Shown one piece after another: positions 56,011 to 64,000 of a DNA stretch of 64,000 nucleotides (position 1 is the first letter of the stretch; each line of letters opens with the position of its first letter). The stretch is from Octopus sinensis (lineage: Eukaryota). The notes beneath the pieces were generated by a model, which was not told the DNA's origin, did no database searches, and saw only the letters and a list, made by a program, of their open reading frames with translations. The translations under genes and the position numbers were made by a program. The stretch is from the NCBI RefSeq assembly GCF_006345805.1, contig NC_043008.1, forward strand, positions 3,162,001 through 3,226,000, written 5' to 3'.

Positions 56011-56829
56011 TACACAGAAAGAGAAAAACACAGAAAGAAGGAGAGAAAAAAAATGCGTGCAGTAGCTAACGAATCAACATGGCGATCTGATTTCGGCCAG
56101 AGGTCAAAGATCAAACATGAGACGAGCGAGAGCGAAATAAGGGGAGATAATAGGGTTGATAAAAGGGTTGAGGACCAGCTAAAAGTGCGTAGGAGGTCTG
56201 GATGTGTGTATGTATAGGGTTGGTGTATGTATTAGTATGTATAAGGGTGTGTGTGTGTGTGTTGTGTATGAGAGAGTATTAGTGCGTAGGATTGGTCTGG
56301 ACGTGCGTATGTATGGGGTTGGTGTATGTATTAGTATGTATTAGTATGTATTAGTACGTATTGGTATGTATATTGTGTGTGTATGAGAGAGTATAAGTGC
56401 GTATGCGGGGTCTGGACGTGTGTATGTATAGGGTTGGTGTATGTATTAGTATGTACTAGTATGTATTAGTACGTATTAGTATGTATTAGTTGGTGTGTGT
56501 ATTAGTATGGCACATCATATGTGATGTGATGTGTAAAGTCATTGTGTGTAGTGAGGAGAAGAGGGGGAGGGGGAGTGGGGAGAGAAGGGGATGGGAAAGA
56601 GAGGGGGAGAAGGAAGAGGAGGGGAGGTGAGGGGGGGGAGGAGGGATGAAGAGGAAAGAGGGAGAGGGGGAAGAGAAGGGGAAGAGGGAGTGAGGGAGCA
56701 GAGGGAAAGGGAAGAGGGAGGGAGAAAGAGGGAAGAGGAAGGGGAGTAGGGGTGAAAGGATGAAGGACTGAAGAAGTATGGGTCGGGGGGGAAAGGATAG
56801 GTGAGGAGGGGGGGAGGGGGGGTTAGATG

Positions 56830-59663
56830 AGGAGGGGGGGAGAGTTGAGACCAAATGGCGTATAAGAGCGAAGAGAGAAGATTAATTCTGTTCACGGCGC
56901 AAACGGGAATCCGGATGGCCTCTGTGTAAGGACAAACCGAAACACAGATAGGTGTTGCAGGAGTGACCGGTGGAGCGGAAATGGCGTGAGACCGGTGTGT
57001 CGTTCGCAAGGTGGATGTCACGAAGGTGTTCCGCGAACCGGTCAGCCAAGCGGCGTCCCGTTTGTCCGATGTACAAGGAATTGCAGAGAGAGCAAGAGAT
57101 GCAATAGATAATATTGCTGGAGGTGCAGGTGAAGGAGTGGATGATGGGATAGGGTCGATGATGGGTGCTAGTGAGGCGGGTGGTGTTGGAGAGGTAAGGG
57201 CAAGTGCGGCAACGTGGGCGGGAGCAGGGGAACGAGCCGGGTTGGGAGGTAGGGTCAGGGAAGGAGCTATGGACCAAAAGGTCTCGAAGGTTGTGGGCTC
57301 GTTTGAAAGAGGGGAGGGGTCGGTTAGGGAAGAGGTGTGAAGTGGACGGGTCGGACTGGAGATGACGGAAAGCTCGAAGAATGGTGCGTTGGAGACGTAG
57401 GGTCGTGGGTGGTAAGTGAGGGGAAAGGGAGGCGGGAGACTACAGGCGGGTTCGGGGAGAGAGAGCAGATACACGGTCCACGGACCGTGCTCTGGCAAGG
57501 GCGGTGTGGATAGTGGTGAGGGGTATCCCGTAGGGTGAAGTGGTGAGCCATACGTTGAGACTGAGTCTCAAAGTCATGGTCGTCACTACAGAGCCTACGT
57601 AGACGGAGGAATTGGGAATAGGGGATGGAAAGCTTGGTGTGTTCTGGGTGGGAGGAAGAGAAGTTGAGGTATGAGTGTGAGTCTGTGTGTTTGTAGTGAA
57701 TGGAGGTGGTAAGATGGAGTGAAGAATGCTAACCGAAATGTCGAGGAAGGAGACAGAGGTGTTGGAGATAGTGGAAGTGAAGTGGAGGGCTGGATGGAAA
57801 GATTGGACGAAAGAGAGGAAGGATCTAGATGTTCGCGGGAGAGTGAGGTGGCACCGATAATGTCGTCAATGTAACGACCATATAGTTCAGGAGTGGGACC
57901 AGTGAAATTAGAGAATATTTGGGCCTCAACATAGCCAACGAACAGGTTCGCATAGTTGGGGCCCATTCGCGTTCCCATGGCCACTCCCGGACCATGGTAG
58001 AACTCGCCCGCGATGGTAGAACTCGCCCGCGAACGAGAAGCATTTCAGAGTAAGGACAAGTTCGGCCAGACGAATGAGTGTGGAGGTGTCAGGTATAGGG
58101 TTAGAGCGGAGGTCAAGAAAGTGTCGAAGGGCCTGCAGTCCTTCGTGGTGAGGGATAACAGTATAGAGGCTTTGGATGTCCATAGTAAAAAGGATTTTGG
58201 AGGAGCCGGGAGGAAAGGAAAGAGTTGAAAAGCCGGAGAGCATGGTTGGTATCGTGGATGTTGGGAGGGAAGAGATGCCCACTAGGGGGGCAAGGACACG
58301 GTCGAGGTATTAGAGATGAGCTCCGTGGGGCAGTTACAGGCGGAAACGATGGGGCGCCAGGGTTGTTGGGTTTTTGTGGATTTGGGGGGATGTAATGGTG
58401 GGGGTACGTGGGGTTCGCACAATTAGGTTGGATGCGGTGCGGGGGAGACGGGAGGACGAGATGAGGTCTTGGACAGTAGAGGATACCGTCTGTTGGTAGC
58501 TACGTGTGGGGTTAGAGGGCAGAGTGGAATAGAAGGAGGTGTCGTTTGGTTGGCGGAAAGCCTCGGCCCTATAGAGGTCCGCGCCCCACACCACTACAGA
58601 TCCACCTTGTCAGCTGGTTTGATGATAATGTCAGCGCGCCGTTGGAGGGAACGAAGAGCCAAGAGCTCAGCTGGGAGATGTTGAGGCGGCGTGCGGCCTG
58701 GAGAAGTTGAACCGCTCCAATGCACGCTGACAAGCGCCCGCGAAAAGATCCACTGCTAGGATCTGGCCAGGGCAGGCGTCCACGGGGATGGTAGGCGGCC
58801 CAGGCCAGTGAAGCAGTCCTCTTCGTTGGGTGTGGGTGGCGAGTCGTGGTAATGCGCACCCAACCGGACACGGCGCACAAAGCTGTGGACATCAACTCGC
58901 GTCTGGAATTCCTTACAGGATGGAGTGAGGGGGATGAAACGCAGACCCCTACCAAGGACGGAGCGTTCAGCCGCAGAGAGGGGGATCGGGGGAATGGTAA
59001 CAACAGACGGAAGTTGAGAAGGGGTGGGTGGAATAGAAGTAGGAGGGGTGGTAGGTCTCGTGGAGGTCTGAGGGGGACGGTTGGGGATTGTGTGGGGGTG
59101 GTTGGCGGGGCAGTAGGGTTAGGTGTAGGTGGATGGAGCCTAACGGAGGGGAGAAGGCGTTGTAGGGAGGGGCAGTGGGGTTAGGTGTGGGGGGATGGAG
59201 CATATCGGGAGGGGAGAAGGGTGGTGGAGGAGTTGGGGTAGTGGCGTCGGGTAGGGTGGAATGGAAGAGTGATTGGAGTTTACGAAGTTTTGTATCAGAA
59301 AGAATTGATGGAAGAGTTGATTCAAATGGATACTGAAGCGTAGCGTGTTTGGAGCATAGAGAGGCGGCAGAGAGGAGAAGAAGGTGGAAAAAGCAGGAGG
59401 AAGAAGGCGGTTGATGGCATGTAGTTTGGAGAGATTGGAGCGAATGGTGGCCCGCATAAGGCGGTAGATGTGGTGCGGAGTATGGGTAAGATGGAAGAAT
59501 CCGAGTGGAGAGCGGGTGGAAGTGGAGGCGGAACCTTTAGGGATGAGTCGGTGATGTAGGCAGCGGCTTAGGAAAGAGACATGGCTAGAGAAGCGGGTTT
59601 TTTTAAAAAGAAGTAGAGAGAGTTAACGGACGGCTGAAGGCAATATACAGGAAGCGAACGCAT
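56830..59663 (-). pseudogene. PLE polyprotein (N-terminal domain, Pro-rich region, reverse transcriptase, Cys linker, GIY-YIG endonuclease), frameshifted
   Basis: ATG at 59663. N-terminal RFSSHVSFLSRCLHHRLIPKG motif, DIIIKPADK, RT motifs at about 57860-58220, GIY-YIG at about 56900-57200. Split across ORF-track pieces 59140-59457, 57926-58282, 57595-57984 and 56882-57277. A 19-bp tandem duplication lies at 57994-58031. Confidence 0.93.
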
Positions 59664-60313
59664 GATGATCCTTCAACTGTGATGGAGGGTGAGGAGGTAG
59701 GACCTAGGATCCGGCATGATGGGATAGCGGAAAAAAAACGTTCGAAAAAACAAAAAAAACAAAAACAAAATTATCGTATTAAAAAAATAGAAAAAAGGGA
59801 TAGCGAAAAAAGGGGAAAAAACAAACGTTCAAAAAAAAAAACAAAAAATAATAATCGTATGAAAAACTAGATAAGTAAGCGATAGGGGCAGAAAAGACGG
59901 GGCAAACGGAAAAGGGAAAGAAAGAAGGGAAGCAGAGAGAGGGGAGGCAAAAAAGGGGGTGCAGGCAGAGAAACGGAGTATGGACATCCAGAGAGGAAGA
60001 AAGACGAAAGGAGAACAAATTCAGGAAAATGTGGAAAGCATGAAATGAATGTAAAAAAAGTGGTAATATAAGAGAAAATAAAATACAACAAACGGGACAG
60101 TTTATGCGAACAAGTTCAAGGTTGAAAGTTCAAGTTGAGAAATGTGTAGACGTCGTGGTATATTTTTTAAGGATTTCACATCAATGCAAAGTCACTTTGA
60201 TCCGCGAAAGAGAGGTGCAGCCAATGGTAAGTATCCAAGGTAGAGGTAAGTGTTGATAGTGGTATTGGTAGAATATAGGATGAAAGTGAGACCACGTGAG
60301 CGCATAATATATA

Positions 60314-61765
60314 ACGGGAAGCTTTATGAAAATAAACAAAAGACGAAGGCAGGTGGAAAACAAACGAACAATTGTATTAGTATGGCGCTCAGGAAATATA
60401 AATAAAACAAGTCTTTAACGTTTCGAGCCTACGCTCTTCAACAGAAAGATACACAGAGAGAGAAAAACACAGAAAGAAGGAGAGAAAAAAATGCGTGCAG
60501 TAGCTAACGAATCAACATGGCGATCTGATTTCGGCCAGAGGTCAAAGATCAAACATGAGACGCGTGAGCGAAATAAGGGGAGATAATAGGGTTGATAATG
60601 GGTTGAGGGACCAGCTAAAAGTGCGTAGGTGGGGTCTGGATGTGTGTATGTATAGGGTTGGTGTTGTTACTATTTATTATATGTTAAGGGTGGTGTGTGT
60701 GTGTGTGTGTATGAGAGAGTATTAGTGCGTAGGATTGCTGGACGTGCGTATGTATGGGGTTGGTGTATGTATTAGTATGTATTAGTACGTATTGGTATGT
60801 ATAAGTGGTGTGTATGAGAGAGTATAAGTGCGTATGCGGGGTCTGGACGTGTGTATGTATAGGGTTGGTGTATGTATTAGTATGTACTAGTATGTATTAG
60901 TACGTATTAGTATGTATTAGTTGGTGTGTGTATTAGTATGGCACATCATATGTGATGTGATGTGTAAAGTCATGTGGGTGTAGGAGGAGAAGAGGGGAGG
61001 GGGAAGAGGGGGAGAGAAGGGGATGGAAGAAGAGGGGAGGAGAGGGGAAGAGGAGAGGATGGGAGGAGGGGGATGAAGGAGGAAAGAGGGAGAGGGGAGA
61101 GAGAAGGGGAAGAGGAGTGAGGGAGCAGAGGGAAGGGAAGAGGGGAAGAAGAGAAAGAAAAGAATAGGAGAGGAGGGAAGGGGAAGAGGAAGGGAGTAGG
61201 GGTGGAAAGGATGAGGTCTGAGAAGTAGGGTCGGGGGAAAAAGGATAGGTAGGAGGGGGAGAGGGGGTTAGATGAGGAGGGGAGAGGGGGTTAGATGAGG
61301 AGGGGGGGAGAGTTGAGACCAAATGGCGTATAAGAGCGAAGAGAGAAGATTAATTCCTGTTCACGGCGTAAACGGAATCCGGATGGCCTCTGTGTAAGGA
61401 CAACCGAACACAGATAGGTGTTGCAAGGAGTGACCGTGGAGCGGAAATGGCGTGAGACCGGTGTGTCGTTCGCAAGGTGGATGTCACGAAGGTGTTCCGC
61501 GAACCGGTCAGCCAAGCGGCGTCCCGTTTGTCCGATGTACAAGGAATTGCAGAGAGAGCAAGAGATGCAATAGATAATATTGCTGGAGGTGCAGGTGAAG
61601 GAGTGGATGATGGGATAGGGTCGATGGTGGGTGCTAGTGAGGCGGGTGGTGTTGGAGAGGTAAGGGCAAGTGCGGCAACGTGGGCGGGAGCAGGGGAACG
61701 AGCCGGGTTGGGAGGTAGGGTCAGGGAAGGAGCTATGGACCAAAAGGTCTCGAAGGTTGTGGGCT

Positions 61766-61766
<1 letters not shown>
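60314..61766 (-). repeat. Upstream pseudo-LTR of the PLE (GIY-YIG portion + 3' UTR)
   Basis: Near-identical direct repeat of 55877-57300. It ends at ...gttgtgggctc (61766), where it is truncated against (TA)/(CA) repeats. Confidence 0.95.
60412..60449 (-). ncRNA. Minimal type-I hammerhead ribozyme in the upstream pLTR (CUGUUGA core variant)
   Basis: Minus strand reads UCUUU-CUGUUGA-A-GAGC(GUAG)GCUC-GAA-ACGU-U-AAAGA: 5-bp stem I, 4-bp stem II, palindromic ACGU stem III (dimer type), predicted cleavage after GUU. Confidence 0.75.
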
Positions 61767-61834
<68 letters not shown>

Positions 61835-63216
61835 GTATATATATATATACATACACATATTAGAGGGGAACCACTATGTGGACACCCTTATGCTAGAAAC
61901 AGATCCGCTATGGTCTTACCACTAATAAATGTCCTCAAGAAAAACTTAGCAACACAACCAAAATGTAATCGAGCAAGACAAAAGAAAAAGCAATAAGAAT
62001 ATGGATTATTCGCATACATGTTTCACTATCAACATATTATATAATTTTACTTACATAAATGTCCAAATGTCCGTAGCGCGCCAAAACGAGGACTTTTGAA
62101 ATAGTAGCCACGAGTGTAATCGGTAGGACTGTCTTACAAGTCTGACTTTGTGCGGACGTCCTAGCATGCAGTCCTACAAATTATATTCATCTGGATGGTC
62201 GCACCGATGATCTTAAGCATATATATTCTTAAATTCCTTTTAAACTGTTGTTTAATTATAGCAGCTAGCGCTCGATTTTCGCTTAAAATGCGGTGTCGCT
62301 TAAAATGGTGAATCACAACGAAGCAGAAATCAGGATTTATCAATGCCAGCGCCGCAACTGTCTATTTTTATTTTTTTATTTTTGCCTTTTGTCTTTTTTG
62401 TACTTTTTTTGTTGGGTGTTTTGTTTTGTCTACTGGCGATATTTTTATTTTCTGTTTGCTCCCTCGAAAATAAACACCCTGCTCAGAATTCTTTCAGCGA
62501 CATATATATCCATTACATATTATATAGAGAGTGTTAATAGCATCTTTTATATAATAATTTTTATAAGTTTTGCTTTAGTTCTATTCAGTTTGTCATTCTG
62601 TTTTAGCTGCCGCAGCCTCGAGCCAGAAATCATTTGTCTCCATTGCCTGAGTACATCACATGTTATGAAAAAAAATCATTTCCTCTTTCTCATCTCATAT
62701 CTTTGACTCAACTGAGTCTGCCATGCCAAGTATAACATCAATTCCCGAATTGGATAATACTGATAGTAGTGAATTCCTCTATTAACATTGCCTGTGAAAT
62801 GTTTCTTTCATTATTATACTAATGAAGTTTTAGTCATGTCACTAGTAAGTTGTTATTGCGAAGTATTACCATTGGTTTTACTATTTAATAGGATCCATTC
62901 TTATTCCTAAAACAAACTTTTATACCAATACTGTATTGCAAAAGCAGGAAGCTCTCATAGAGCACCGTATCTTCGTCAGTTTAATGTGATTGTTAATACT
63001 TACAAAAGGTTTGTTCACTATTTTTCTGTGATATCTCAATTCGAGTCGAAATTAATCAGAAGTAAAAAGCAAATTGTAAAAGGCACGCGATGCATTACAT
63101 CACTGCATTTTTGTTGTCTGTATACCTTTAGAAACTTCTCTGTATCCATGTGTGATTAAATCCATTCTGTATATCATAGGATTTCGTGAATAGATTTCAT
63201 CATTTTCCTTAATGTG

Positions 63217-63254
<38 letters not shown>

Positions 63255-63745
63255 CTTTTATGTATTGTTAATGCAAGCAGACTCGTCTTATAATAGATAG
63301 CTTATAGAAAGTTAATAGAAAGTAAAATAAATTATTTACGGTATCTAAAATTACTGTTTCACTGTTCGAATCACCAAACCCTACATGTGAAGGACCTAAT
63401 TATTAGGCGAATATACAAAGTGGTAGTCTTAAACTATTTCTATCTTTAATAGACTTCCACTAGAGTGAAGTGTTCTAGTAATTAGTTTATGATATCTTGA
63501 TTAGAGTTGATCAAAAACTTCAATTACCTTTATTTAATGAGTAGCACGGATTCTTGTGTAATAAGACGAAGTGAATTACAGCATAAAATGAAAATTCTGG
63601 ACTAATTTCTTTTGTCATATTTCATGTCGATACCTTTAAGTAAACACACCTTTTGTGTTATGTCAATGTAGCCTTCCAGCCTTTATTTGCCGTAACATGC
63701 AGATCTTTAATCCAAAATATATGTTTTCCTCCCGAACTGTATAAG

Positions 63746-64000
63746 CTTATTGACATCCACCTGGCATGGAATTCATTTAAAACATACATTTCACATTACG
63801 GAAATTCATGTCACGGTGATATTATCCTAAATGCAATACTTCAATCATGCGGATATTTCATGAGCCAATGAAGTCCTGGGCTCGATATAAATAAGTATTA
63901 GGTAGTTATAGGAATGCATTAATCCAACTAGCATGGAATTCATTTAGAACATGCATTTCACATTACGGAAATTCATGTCACGGTGATATTATTCCAAATG
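63746..64000 (+). repeat. Start of a ~167-bp tandem repeat running off the window end
   Basis: ctggcatggaattcatttaaaac...ggtgatattatcctaaatg (63761) recurs at 63928 with few substitutions. Confidence 0.8.

Larger units (their letters stand above)
55877..61766 (-). mobile_element. Penelope-like retroelement (Neptune-type), partial-tandem structure: 5'-truncated upstream copy (pLTR) + spacer + full ORF + 3' UTR/pLTR
   Basis: Minus-strand frames give RT motifs (FTMDIQSLYTVIP; GVAMGTRMGPNYANLF; RYIDD), a Cys-rich linker (CSRPRCRTC) and GIY-YIG (NIIYCISC..CNSLYIGQTGRRLADRFAEH). 60314-61766 directly repeats 55877-57300. Both outer ends abut (TA)n. Confidence 0.95.

Noticed and set aside
56185-56510. 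CRISPR-like or telomeric array
   Set aside because: There is no constant repeat with unique spacers and no TTAGGG array. It is a degenerate minisatellite in a eukaryotic retroelement UTR.
57011-59184. Plus-strand ORFs over the PLE (57011-57340, 58013-58228, 58846-59184, 61477-61863)
   Set aside because: They are antisense shadows caused by the G-rich, stop-poor strand.
60190-60235. U1 snRNA gene (ATACTTACC on the minus strand, CCATTG..GCACCTC)
   Set aside because: Only short motifs match. Stem-loop order, the Sm site and length do not fit, and it lies inside the PLE spacer.

Overview
This is repeat-saturated, AT-rich eukaryotic DNA with no prokaryotic features. The SINE families and very high microsatellite load point to a coleoid cephalopod, most likely Octopus (recognised from memory, not database-checked). 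No confidently identifiable host gene is present, only three weak exon candidates. The main element is a ~5.9-kb Penelope-like retroelement (PLE, Neptune-type) on the minus strand at 55877-61766. It has a frameshifted RT + Cys-linker + GIY-YIG ORF and the typical partial-tandem pseudo-LTR arrangement, and it sits in a (TA)n tract. Each of its pLTRs carries a minimal hammerhead ribozyme (HHR) fold with an unusual CUGUUGA core; the 3' copy is damaged. Related minimal HHRs lie at 36.95 kb and 42.5 kb (the latter behind a second, different PLE GIY-YIG relic), and a divergent pair sits inside a 236-bp fold-back at 4.44-4.67 kb. Other content: hAT (TTF/DUF4371) and mariner relics, a Charlie-like MITE with an intact 8-bp TSD and a nested SINE, two R4/Dong-type LINE fragments, an RTE/BovB-like 5' end, about 14 SINE copies, microsatellite-bounded tandem duplications, and a 100-N gap flanked by a probably artefactual duplication. 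Sequence near the gap is noisy, so some frameshifts may be errors.
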